Below are positions 46,487 to 58,483 of a stretch of 64,000 bases of DNA, piece by piece. The notes under the pieces are model-generated. The model made no database searches, was not told the DNA's origin, and worked only from the letters and a program-made list of their open reading frames with translations. Position 1 is the stretch's first letter. The number at the start of each line of letters is the position of its first letter. The stretch lies in contig MCFH01000011.1 in NCBI GenBank assembly GCA_002104945.1, forward strand, positions 868,001-932,000, in the 5' to 3' direction. The translations under genes were made by a program, and so were the position numbers. This DNA comes from Piromyces finnis finn (lineage: Eukaryota; Fungi; Neocallimastigomycota).

Positions 46487-46852
46487 TGTAACGAAATATT
46501 ATAATAATAAACACACACACTCTAATGTATCAAATATATATGTATTTTTTTAATAATGTTTATTTATTAAATTTATTATTATAATACGACTAACTCGCTA
46601 GGTCAGTGTATTATCAAACTAAAGGCGAAACAAAAAAAACTAATTTTTATTAATTATTAATAAAAACACTAAAAAACTATTTTATCTTTCTTATTCTCTC
46701 TTTTATACATGAAAATTATTTTTTTTAATACAATTTGATAAGTGAATTAATTACTTAATGATTGGTTATAAAAATATAATTATGAAATTTTCATTAATCT
46801 AACCTTAATGATTTTCTAGTCTAACCCTTATCATTAGATATACCTCATTACA
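46487..46852 (-). mobile_element. Solo LTR, family Y copy 2 (366 bp)
   Basis: TSD GTTAG at 46482-46486 and 46853-46857. Nearly identical to copies 1 and 3. Confidence 0.92.
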
Positions 46853-46966
46853 GTTAGATAAAAAATTATTAATGTTAAATTAGGTTTAGCAAAAAAAATA
46901 TAAAACAGTAATTGTATTGAGTGTGTTTTATTATAATATTTCGTTACAATTATCAATAAAATATTT

Positions 46967-48005
46967 TAACTATTTTAGTAAAATGAAATAGGCAGTTCAA
47001 ATTAAGTATTATTCAATTTGAATATGTGCTCATGTATTATTGATATATTAATCATTTAATAATTATATTATCTATCTATTTTTATTAAAAAAATATTAGA
47101 ACTAGTGTTAGAAATAAAGTTCATATTAAAATTAAATATAAGCTAACTCTATGTGGCTTGTAATAATATTTATGGCTTAAGTTACATTAAATATATCAAA
47201 CTGTGACGTTTGATATCTTTACATAGATTAAATATAGTCCATGTATTATCTATATATTAATTAAATATTGATATAATATTTATATATTTACTATTAAAAA
47301 AATGCTAATTTAAAACTACGTTAAAGTTATTAAACTAATTTTAATTAAATAAAAGCTTTTGATTTAATTTGAATATTTAAAATATTTAAATTTAATTATC
47401 CATTAATTTAAATATTTATCCTAGTTTTCATTTTAATTATTATTTAATTATTTCATAAAATTTATTTAATGTTTTTTTATAAATAATTTTCTATTAAAAT
47501 ATCAAAATTATTATTTAATAATTATTAATTATTAAATAATTTAAAGATATATTATATATTTTTTAAATCTAACCAAGGAAAAGAGAATGACAAAAATTTA
47601 AATATTATTGAATTTATCTTCCTTTGTGTGAACTAGCCTACAAGTCTCTATGATAACTATGATTTTAATCCTTGTTGTTGAAATATATCAAACGCCACAT
47701 CCTAATATATTTAATGTAACTTAAGCCACAAATATTATTGCTTAAGTTACATGAATTATATTAAAGAAAAAGAAAATGGGACATAATTTATCTATTGATA
47801 ATTAATGTTTAAAACAAAATAAATTGTTTATTATTAACGTTTAACAAATAAAATTTCTCAATTTAAATACCTAGTTCTAATATTTTTTTAATAAAAATAG
47901 ATAATATAATTATTAAATGATTAATATATCAATAATACATGGGCACATATTCAAATTGAATAATACTTAATTTGAATTGCCTATTTCATTTTACTAAAAT
48001 AGTTA
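46967..48005. repeat. Inverted pair of W-family LTR fragments (arms 46967-47105 and 47871-48005)
   Basis: About 135-bp arms that are reverse complements with few differences. Both are homologous to 44066-44415. Confidence 0.8.
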
Positions 48006-48049
48006 TAGTTGTAAAGAATGTGCCTTTAATAATAATAAAACAAATTATA

Positions 48050-48229
48050 ATATTTACTAAATAACTTAGTAATACTCACACTTTAAAAATATTCTGTAAA
48101 TTAGTAATTTATAAAAATATTATTAAAAACACATAAATTTAACTTAATAAATTAGTGTTTAATATTATTTATTAATAATTTACAGAATATTTTTAAAGTG
48201 TTAATATTACTAAGTTATTTAATAAATAT
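48050..48229. repeat. 180-bp foldback hairpin (53-bp arms, 3 mismatches)
   Basis: 48050-48102 versus the reverse complement of 48177-48229. The interior is also partly palindromic. Confidence 0.85.
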
Positions 48230-49244
48230 AATAAAAAGAACAACGGGATTAAGTTTAACCTGTAGGCAGGCTTTGAGCTATTATACTTTGAATAAGGAAA
48301 TAAGGGAATCCGAGGTACACCACGTACAAGGCACTGTAATAAGTAAGCTAGCATGTGATTTATAGTTATTATCTTTTGCTGTTTGACTATAAACCGAAAA
48401 TAGCCGGAAATGCCTTACTTTAATAAAACAACATTTCTTAATACATTTTAAAATTAATTTTTCTAATAAAACAATTTCTAATTTTGATAATTAATTGTTA
48501 AAACAATTTATTATATAAATTTAAATTTTTGAATTTGCCGGTTTTAGAAGAGTTGATTCTAAGAGCGGGACTTATTCTATTTGACGATAACTAGATAGTA
48601 TACAAATAATTCGCACACTATTTCGGGTATCAACTGTATATTATGGATTCACAATATAGTAGATGATGTAAATTGTCAAAGGTAATAAGTTCTTGTTTCG
48701 GGAAATTTTCACGTTCTTACTTGCTTAATTCTTTTATTTACACTCTTAAATGTGTACCAAGTTTATAAGTCTTAAATTTCTGTTTATTTATTTATTTATT
48801 ATTATTAAAAATTTGCAACTTTTCTAATTCTTTATTCTCAAGCTATTTTGAGAAAACTATTTTGATTAGTGATTAGAAAATTGTGCAAATATTTTTAACT
48901 ATATTTTTATAGATTGTATAAATCTAACGGACTTTAAACCAAAAATAAAAATTTATTGAATATAATGTTTGTTTTTATAAAGTATTTTTTATAAGTTGTA
49001 GTAAACTTAACGGATTTTAAACCAAAAATAGAAATGTGTAAAATAAAACGAATAAATGAAGTAAAAAAACGAAAGTAAAAACGAAAAATTTAAATTTAGA
49101 AAAAACTGGATTTTAAAATAGTACATTTTTCTTTCTTTTATACATGATTATAAATTTAAACTATTAATATGATTACTAACTATTACTAATAAGAATTTTA
49201 AACTTTAATAAAATATATTAGCTTTTAATTAATTTAGTATTTAA

Positions 49245-52200
49245 CTAATCAATTTGGTCTTGTGATTTTCTATGACGTTCTTCGGTTAAATCAATTTCGA
49301 TTTGGAAGTTCGAAGTTTTTCTTTTCTTTATTTCATTACTAATAGCGGAATCGGATGTTGGAAATATTTCCTTAAGTTCATTATCTATTGTAACGAAATA
49401 TTATAATAATAAACACACACACTCCAATGTATCAAATATATATATATATTTTTTAATAATGTTTATTTATTAAATTTATTATTATAATACGACTAACTCG
49501 CTAGGTCAGTGTATTATCAAACTAAAGGCGAAACAAAAAAAACTAATTTTTATTAATTATTAATAAAAACACTAAAAAACTATTTTATCTTTCTTATTCT
49601 CTCTTTTATACATGAAAAATTTTTTTTAATACAATTTGATAAGTGAATTAATTACTTAATGATTGGTTATAAAAATATAATTATGAAATTTTCATTAATC
49701 TAACCTTAATGATTTTCTAGTCTAACCCTTATCATTAGATATACTTCATTACATCTATAATTAAGGCAGTTATTCTTTTATCAATATTTTCAATCTTGCG
49801 GTTGGTTTCTTCTATGAGTTTCCATAAGTCATTTAACTGTTTTTCCGATTTATTAACTTTTTTTGTTAATTCTATTCGCTCAGCCTTGGGATTTAAGTCG
49901 TATCTAAGGTCGTTGATTTTTTGGTTGAGTTTCTCGAACTTTCTCTTAGTTTCTGATTGTGTATTGCCATTTTGCATTGAATACATTTCTTCTTTGATCT
50001 TCTTTATTTCTATATTAAACTGTTCTTTTCTATTGAGAACTTCCTTGAGGTCTTCACATCTTAAGTTAATTTGTTTCTTGTATTGCTTTTCAAAATATGA
50101 GTTCTCTTCTAATAAGTCTATTATTTGTTCTTTGAGACTTTTAAATAATGCGTCTTGATTCTTGTACCATTTTGAAAGGTATTCTTTTAACTCTGTTTGT
50201 TTATTATTTTCAAGTAACGAATTTATTGTAGCTTTAAAAACTTTGAAGTCGGTACTTTCATTTTCTGTATTTTCTTTAGTTGAATTTTCTTTATCCTTTA
50301 TTTCGATTGCATTTAAGATAAAATCTAAGGAGTTGACTTCTTCGATATTGTTTACTTGTTGATGATTCCGATTAGAAACATTGCTTAGGTTGTTATTAGT
50401 GTTATTATCTTGTTCCATATTTATAAATCTTGAAAGAAGGTCGGCTATTTGATTGTCTTTACCTTCAATATAACAAGGGATTACGTTAAAATTACAAATA
50501 TTTTCAAATAAACGTAACTTCCTATTGGTTTCGACTTTCGATCCGGAATTAATATAGATCACGAGATTCTTATGATCGGTAGCACAGTATATTTTTTGAC
50601 CTTGTTGAAGTAAGAGTCTGTAATGGAGTAGTGTTTCTGATAATGCTAATAGTTCCCTGTCGAATGTAGAGTATTTTTTCTCTGTTGAATTAAGTTTTCT
50701 AGAGTAGAATCCTATGGGTTTTAAATATTTTTTAAGTTTGGTTAGGTTATTATTTTCGATTTCAAAGGTGTTCATAGCCTCATTTAATTTAATTGGAGGG
50801 TTAATGTCTTCACGATTCTTGGCTTTATCGGAGTTATTATTTTTGCGTCCATTATGTCCGTTATACGTCCATTTCTTATTATCAAATAGATTTTCGATTG
50901 TTTCTCGATTGATATTACTCTTGTATACGTTATTTGAAACGTAGTTTTGAACATGTACATGGGGGGCCTCCGCTTGGAAAATAGCGGTTCCAATTCCGAT
51001 TTCCGAGGCGTCGGTTAGGATAAGGATGTCGTGGTTAGGTTTGAAAGGTGCTAAATCCGGAAGGTTAGGTAAAAGATTTTTAAAGTAAATGAGTTCATCA
51101 TCCATTTCTTTAGTCCAGGTAGTAGTTTTGTTAGATAATCCGAGAGAAATGTTTCTGGTTTTTTCAGTAAAGTTTTTTACATAATCTTTGAAATAGTTAA
51201 GAAAACCGTATAATTGTTGATATTCCTTCTGAGCGTAGCATTTCTTGATGTCTAATTGTTTATTAGAAATAGGGTGGATTTTTTCGAAACCTATTTTGTA
51301 TCCAAGATATTCGAATTCTTCTGGGAAGAAAAGACATTTTTCCAATTTGCAATAAAAGTGGTTTTCTTTAAATTTATTAAGAGTAAAAGCACAAAGTTCT
51401 AAACATTCTTCCTTGCTTTGGGCGTAGATATGAATATCATCCAGGTAGATATCGATTCCTTTATTAAGATATTCTTTAAGTAGTAGATTGAGAATAGATT
51501 GAAAAATTGAAGGGGCTGTAGATAAACCAAAGGGTAGGACTTTCCACTGGTAGGTTTGGTTCTTGAAGCGAAAGCTTGTTAAGAAACGGTATTTGGGTTC
51601 CAAAAATATTTGATTGTAGGCGTTTCTTAGATCCAAAAGAATATGATATTTGTATTGTGCAGCTCTGTGCACTAATTCAATGATTTTAGGTATTGGATAG
51701 TTGTTATGGTGGAGACAGTTATTGACCATAACATAATTGAAAACTGTTCTGAAGGATCCATCCTTCTTTGGTACATTAAAGACGTTGCAAGCCGAGCTGG
51801 CTCTTGTCCTTTCTATCTTTCCATTTTCTTCGAGTTCCTTAAATTCTTCTTCTAAGGCGTCTTCCTGTCCTTTATCAAGTTTTATGTGAGGCATCATTGG
51901 GAGCCTCTTTACCTTTTCCTTATCATAGGGGAGGTAGGCATTTAGATTGTTGTTTCTTCTATCAAAGATCTTACCTTTAGGCGGAGATTCAAAGACTTCT
52001 TTATAGGTTTGTAACTCTTTTGGTAGGTTACTTATTTCTTTAATTATGAATTCCTCGAGACCCTTCTTATGGTCGGTGGAAATTATGAAACTTTGATTGT
52101 CCTGTTTCTGTTTTAGAAGTTTTTGTTCGATTTTAAATTTTTCATTTGCAGATAAGGTAATTGATTCTGTGTTGTGAACCTGATTGTTATTTTTCTTTGA

Positions 52201-55200
52201 TTTAGTTGATTTCTTGATGACAATATTTCCGTTACTATCTAAATTTTCTTTGTCCCATGATTCATCTACTACATATTTCCTTTTTTGGAGTAATTCTCTG
52301 AATTCTTCTTTTCTGTTACTTTCTTGATTAAGAAAATATGGGAAATAGCTGGCATTTAAGTGAAGTTTCCTCATTTTAAATAAGAGATCATCATTTAATA
52401 TTATCTTATCGTAATAAAAATTTTTCTTTTGATGATTTGGAGGGCCATTTATTGGCATAATACTTAGCTTGATGTTGGTAAAGTAAAATATACCTTTCTT
52501 AATTTCGATTCCGATAGTTAAGTAACAATATTCTTTAATCTCAGTTATCGTTTCTCCTGATTGGATTGTATGTGTTAAATTATTGGGGTATTTCTTGATA
52601 TTAAGGTTAGAGAGTATGTTCTCTCCAATGCAATTTCCGGCTGATCCAGAGTCTAATAATACTATCCCGTATCGAGCGTTATGTTTATTATCGATGATTA
52701 ATGCCTTATTATAGTGCATCTTACCACCGAAACGAGGGTTATTGATGTATTTTGAATTCTTGATGGTTTCCATAGTATTATGGATATATTCTTTAGTAAG
52801 CATTTTCTTTTGTTTGTAATCCAGACTGTTGTCTAAAACACTTTCCTCTGTGTTATGAGATAATTTTTGCCTCCCGATGTTGTTTCCTGCTTTATTAGAT
52901 TTTTTATTCTTGTCTGAATAATTTTTGACAACTGTTTTCTTCTTTTCAGTATATTTAAAGTTATTCTTATTTTGATTAGGTGTATTCTTTGGATTACTGA
53001 TGAAAGATTTTAAATCTTCTTTCATGCTTTTATTACCTTCCTGTTCCGCGATTGTTTTGAATATTGTAGTAATGAATTCTTTGTATATAATCTTGTTCTC
53101 TTCATCTTGTTCCTCATAGTCTTCCCTTGGATCTCTTAATGGTAATTTGGGGAGCTTTTTGAGGTATTGTTCGGCGAAGGTGTTCGGTAAAGATTTCGAG
53201 AGTTTAGTAAATCTGCTGAAATAGAATTTATTAATATTGTTTCCTATTTTTTCGATATTTTCAAGAAGATTTTCTAAGTTTTCAATATTGAGGTTATTAA
53301 TTCTTAACGATTTCCATTTGGCTTCTTGTTCACTAAGAGATAATTCGCAAAATTCATTCTCGAATTGATAGATAAAGTTGTTTAATTTTTGCCAAGTTGT
53401 AGACTCATTCCATGCGAGTTCCTTGTTGTCTAATTTTGTTTTATACGTTTTTTCGTACCATTGGCGTACTTCCTTGCCCCCTCTGGAAATGATAGCATCT
53501 CTAATTTGGATTTCAGTTACTTTGGGGCAGTAGGCTTGTAAATAAGTTTTGAGACTAAGTAAGAATTCATAGCCATTATTTTTATCCGTGTACCTTGGTG
53601 CTCGTATGTTAAATAAAGTCCTGAACCCTGATATATTCGTCTGAACCTCAAGGGGTAAGTCTTGAAATTCCACTGGGCGAAAGGGTACGACTGGTGAGAC
53701 CTTGGTGTTAAAGATTCTTGGGTGCGTTTTATAATGGTAGTATTGCTCACTTTTTGAGCCTGTACTAAAGTCGGGTTTAGTTTCTTGGAGGAGTTGTTGA
53801 AACTTGTGGCGATTTTCGGTTTCAGGCATGTTGAAGACTTTGGTGCGGTGGAATTTGATATCGAAGTAATTCTGTTTGGCGTCTTCGCTTTTGAAATGAC
53901 TGTTGAATTTATTTGTGAGTGATGATGGATCTTCTTGGTTCTGAAAGGAGGAAGAGGCTTGAAAGTTATGGTTAGTACATTCTAAATGGTTAATTCTGTT
54001 GTTGAAGTTATTTTCCTGTTCTTCGAACCTTTTATCTATTTTCTTGTTTTGTTCTTCCTCTCTTTCGTCAAGAGTAGAATGTCCTACGAAAGATTTACTT
54101 CTAAATTTGGATATGTTACTAAGGGAAATATCTTCAGTGGGATTACTGAAACAAGTATCCATTAAGTAACGTTCATTAATTAGGGTATTAATAATCTTCT
54201 TGCATTTATCATTTTTTGGAGTTATGGTTACTTCGAGGGTGTCAGGGTTGATGTCTGCCTTAAAGAGTCTCTTGGTTTTAGAGTTTGAATGGAATAAGGA
54301 TTTGTATTCCTCTTGGACATTGTCTATTTCGAGATGTTTAACATCATTTAATCTCTTCTTGATAGTAGTAATTTCCTGTAGACAATCTTTAATCTGTTCC
54401 TCCTTAACTGAAGCTTGTAGTTGTTCATATTTATCAAGTACTTCTTCATATAATTTTCTAAGTGTAGTGATTTTTTCTATAATATCAGGATTATTTTCAT
54501 CATTGAGGTGTTCCATTTCTAAGGATTTAAGACGTTCCTGAAGTTGTGTTTGAATTATAGCGTGATTTTCTAATGTTTCTTTGAAATCACTAATGTTTTT
54601 AATAAATTGATCTTCTACTTTTCCACTCATGTGGTAGTTCATAACTAATTGACTTTGAAGATTTTGTATAGCCTGTTTGGAGTCGATTCTAGTGGCCTGT
54701 AGTTTTTCGGCCATTTCGTTCTTTATAACGGTCGATATATTATTGATATACGCTTGGCTGTCCACTGTTTGTTGAGTGACCTTTTTGATTTCATTTTCTA
54801 AGGTAGTGATCTTTTTTGTTAATTGGGAAATATTTTGATTAGTATTTTCAATTGATGACTGTTGTTTAGTCAGTCCGTCTTCTAGTGGGACAAGATCACT
54901 TGTTTTGGCTGTTTTTAACTGGCTTATTTGGAGTTCTTCCTTAACCTCGTTCACTGCTAAATTGAGATCCGTAGGTTTTACGGTATTAATATCGATAACG
55001 TTCGCTAAGTTTTGCACTTGATAGCTATCTGCTTTATTTGCGATGTCTGTTTCTAAATGTTGTAGTTTTTTGTTCTGTTCAGATATTGAGGTTTGTAAGG
55101 TAGCATTTAAAGTAGCAGTGAGGTTCATAAACTGAGCTTGTATCTGTTCCATGAAGTTACTCATCATGGTTTGCATTTTGGACTCAAGCTCTTGCTTGTT

Positions 55201-55521
55201 ACTGTTGGACTCAGTTTTGAGTTCCTTATAGATATTATCCATTGAAGATAGGAGAGTAGCACCATTGTTACTTGGATCATAATTAAATATTTGGGCATTA
55301 CCTCCATAAGAATTCTTGATTTCGGATTCTAAGGTTTTGTTGTTCTCTATTTCGTCTGGGAGGTGGTTGATATAGTCGTCGACACCAGACATATCGGATT
55401 TTGATTCTTTTTCAGCTTTCTCGATTTCCATCGATTGGACTTTTTCTGAAGACTTTTCTGAATGTCCTTTTGTTACTTCTTCTTCTGAGATGGGTTGTTT
55501 TCCTTTCTTGGTGTTATCCAT
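49245..55521 (-). CDS. Integrase-less retroelement polyprotein (coiled coil-Gag/CA-like-PR-RT-RNase H-coiled coil); now ends at 49735 (1928 aa) because of a solo-LTR insertion, originally ~1968 aa
   Basis: LLDSGSAG (~52650), LPFGLSTAPSIFQ, YLDD (~51440), TDAS..ELLAL..TDH..ADLLSR. No HHCC or DDE after RNase H. Removing 49389-49753 restores the frame to TAG at 49245-49247. Confidence 0.9.
49389..49753 (-). mobile_element. Solo LTR, family Y copy 3 (365 bp) inserted in the 3' end of the polyprotein ORF
   Basis: TSD TCTAT at 49384-49388 and 49754-49758. It supplies the terminal codons VMKYI*. Confidence 0.93.
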
Positions 55522-56358
55522 TACGAGATATTGAATTTGAAGTGTTATTGAATATAATTGTTTTAAATATAAATAGTAAGGTCTTACTTCTTGCCTTTGA
55601 TTTTTACTTGGTTGGGACTTATTCGTTGCCCTTTGTTGGTTTATTGGGTACTCGGTAAATTTAAAATAATCTAGAAAAAGGGAAAGTTTTTTCTAAATTT
55701 ACCGTTATAAAATAATATTCTTTATAACTCCTATAGTGTGAAGTTTAATTCTTATACATAATACTTCTATGTTCGGATAAAGTTGATATAGGGAAAGAAA
55801 ACTTGTAATAATTTTTATTGCTAACAATAAGTTAGACGCTAAAAAAATTTTTACACCGTTCCTTTCTTTTATTAATTTAATTAATATTTATAATAATTTT
55901 ATTTTATTTATTGATTTTATAAATTTTTGAAATAGTTGTTCCGATGAATTTATTTTAAATCTTATTGAGATTAGCCGAGATCAATCAAATATCGTAAATT
56001 AAAATTTAATTATTAATTAATACTATTATCTTTCCGAAACCTAAATTTTAATTAATTTTGGAAAAGAATAAAAGGAAAGAAAATTTACAAAAAATTATTT
56101 TTTGTGCTTTTATTAACTAATAAAGTAATTTAAATAAAATTATAAAATATTAATTAATAAATTAAAATAAAGAATTTAAAAAAAATAAAAAATATTTTTT
56201 AATATATTAAAAGACAGATTACTTATAGGTGGATATACTCGCCTATTGTGTAAAGAAACGTTTCTATAAGAAATATATATTATTTTTATAGACATTACAA
56301 CCAATAAAAATCTTAGAATTAAATATAATAACAATAATAACTATAATAATAATAGTTA

Positions 56359-58483
56359 ATGATTTTAACAAAAACAATAAATATTTTTAATATTGAACAT
56401 GTTCCCGAATTCCAAAATCGCCATGATTTTGATGATGATGTCGATTTTGAAGACATCAGACCTTTTATGAATAATATAAACAATTTAGACACTATTAATA
56501 ACTACGACATTAATAACAAACAAGACAATGACAAGAACAACTTCTCGAAATGGGTTTACGACTCAGGAGCAGTTGTACATGTCACTAACAACAAAAACTT
56601 ATTATTCAATTTTGTTAAGAATAAGATCATATTATATTGCGCAAATGGGTCCAAATGCTCTTTTGAAGGTTATGAACCTTTACTGGTTATGTTAACAAGT
56701 TTCGTTTAATTCTCAATAAAGTTTTTTATTTTAGCCAGGTTAACAAAAACTTAATTAGTGGTGTAAAATTAGCATACTCTGGTATTGTATGCACCACTAG
56801 AATGGATATTAATAATAATCCTAATCTAACCCTTTATTATGACAATAATATCATCGGTACATATACATTAATTATGGATCATAACACATTCCCAATTGAT
56901 ATATTTAATTCCATAATTAATAAAATACCTTCTAACATTGACAACATTAACAATACTGACTATAACTTATGGTATAGAAGGTTAGTTCATTTTTACAATA
57001 ATAATTTTGACAAACAATTAAAAGTCAATCAATTCAATAATCATAGACGTCCTTTTTGTGATATCTCCAAATTAAAACGACTCTCTCATAATAGAGAAAC
57101 TTCAAAGGCTGAAAAAAATTATGGAAACTCTCCATTCCGATATTATCGGTCCTTTACTAGTCTCTTTCATAGGTAAAAGATTCATTATTACTTTCATTGA
57201 TGAATTTTCAAGGAAAAGCTGGATTTTTACACTTTCTGCTAAGGCCGAAGCTGTTAAAACTATTCTGGAATTTTTCACATTTTTGGAAAATCAATGAGAA
57301 TTTCAATATTAAATTTTTAAATCAGATTACGGGAAGGAATATAACAACAATAAAATTGTTAGCTAATATAAAAGCAAAGGTATCGCTAAAACACTTTCCC
57401 CTCCATATAATCCTCAAAATAACGGCATAGCTGAAAGGTTTAATCAAACACTCATAGATTCTGCAAAAACCATTCTAACTTGGAATAACATTAGTATAAT
57501 GTTTTTGGATTTTGTGGTTAGATTTTCTAAATATGTATATAATCTAATCTCTCATAGTAGTATTGGCTACAAAATTCCTGACGAAGTATTTTTCAATTCA
57601 CCCGTCAAAATTGACCATATTAGAGTTTTTGGGTGTATTGCTTTTTACAAAAATTTTTCTCAGTCAAAATCAAAATTTGATCCCAATTCCATCAAAGGTT
57701 TCGACAAGTCCAATTATTACATTATTATGGATTTCCACGACTACTCATTACACCAGGTTCAGGAGGCAGTATTCTTCGAGGACAAACCAGGAAATCTGGC
57801 CACCAACAATAGGGGAATGAATAGTGGTACAATCAGCAATAACAATCACAAATTTAACCAGTAAACTGGTAGTCATGAGTTCGACTCCGGTATTAATGGG
57901 AAGAAGTCCTATCTATTGGAAATCCAAGAAACAAAGTATTGCCACCAGTACAGCTGAAGCTGAATATATAGCTACATCGGAATGTTTAAAACAAATATTA
58001 TGGATCAAAAATATCATTAATGAACTATTTGGAATTAATAAGACCGTAACAATATATACGGATAATCTACCAAGCTTGAGAAGTATAGAAAATGAGAACT
58101 AAACACGAAATTAAAACATATAAGCATAAAATATCACTTCAACAAACATTATATAAATAATAAAGAAATTCAATTAAAATATATAGACACAAATAACATG
58201 CTAGTAGACACACTGACAAAATTTGTTAATGGAAATAAAATGACCAACTTCCCAAACCAAATTTTTAATTTTAAAAAGTAGGTTTGAGGGGGAATATTAA
58301 AATAATTTAGAATAATTTAATATAAAATAGTATAAATATAAGATAAGCCACATACTTGATATAAAGTATGTAACACCACAAATTAAGTTATAAAAATAAA
58401 AATGTAAAATTTATTAAGCCTTGTAATTACCTTTATTAAATTTTATTTAATAAATAAAGTTATATTAAAACCTAAACTCAACA
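56359..58483 (+). mobile_element. Degenerate Ty1/copia relic (PR, GAG-pre-IN, IN, RNase H; RT deleted), with probable 3' LTR 58295-58483
   Basis: KWVYDSGAVVHVTNNKNLL; LWYRRLVH; FIDEFSRKSW, NGIAERFNQTL (frameshifted); SPIYWKSKKQS..STAEAEYIA..YTDN. PPT GAGGGGGAA followed by TATTAA..TCAACA. Confidence 0.85.

Noticed and set aside
48010-56250. DIRS/Ngaro or caulimovirus assignment for the integrase-less element
   Set aside because: No tyrosine recombinase, ITR/ICR or split repeats were seen and a protease is present (against DIRS). No movement protein, Zn knuckle or tRNA-Met PBS (against caulimovirus). Phylogeny is needed.
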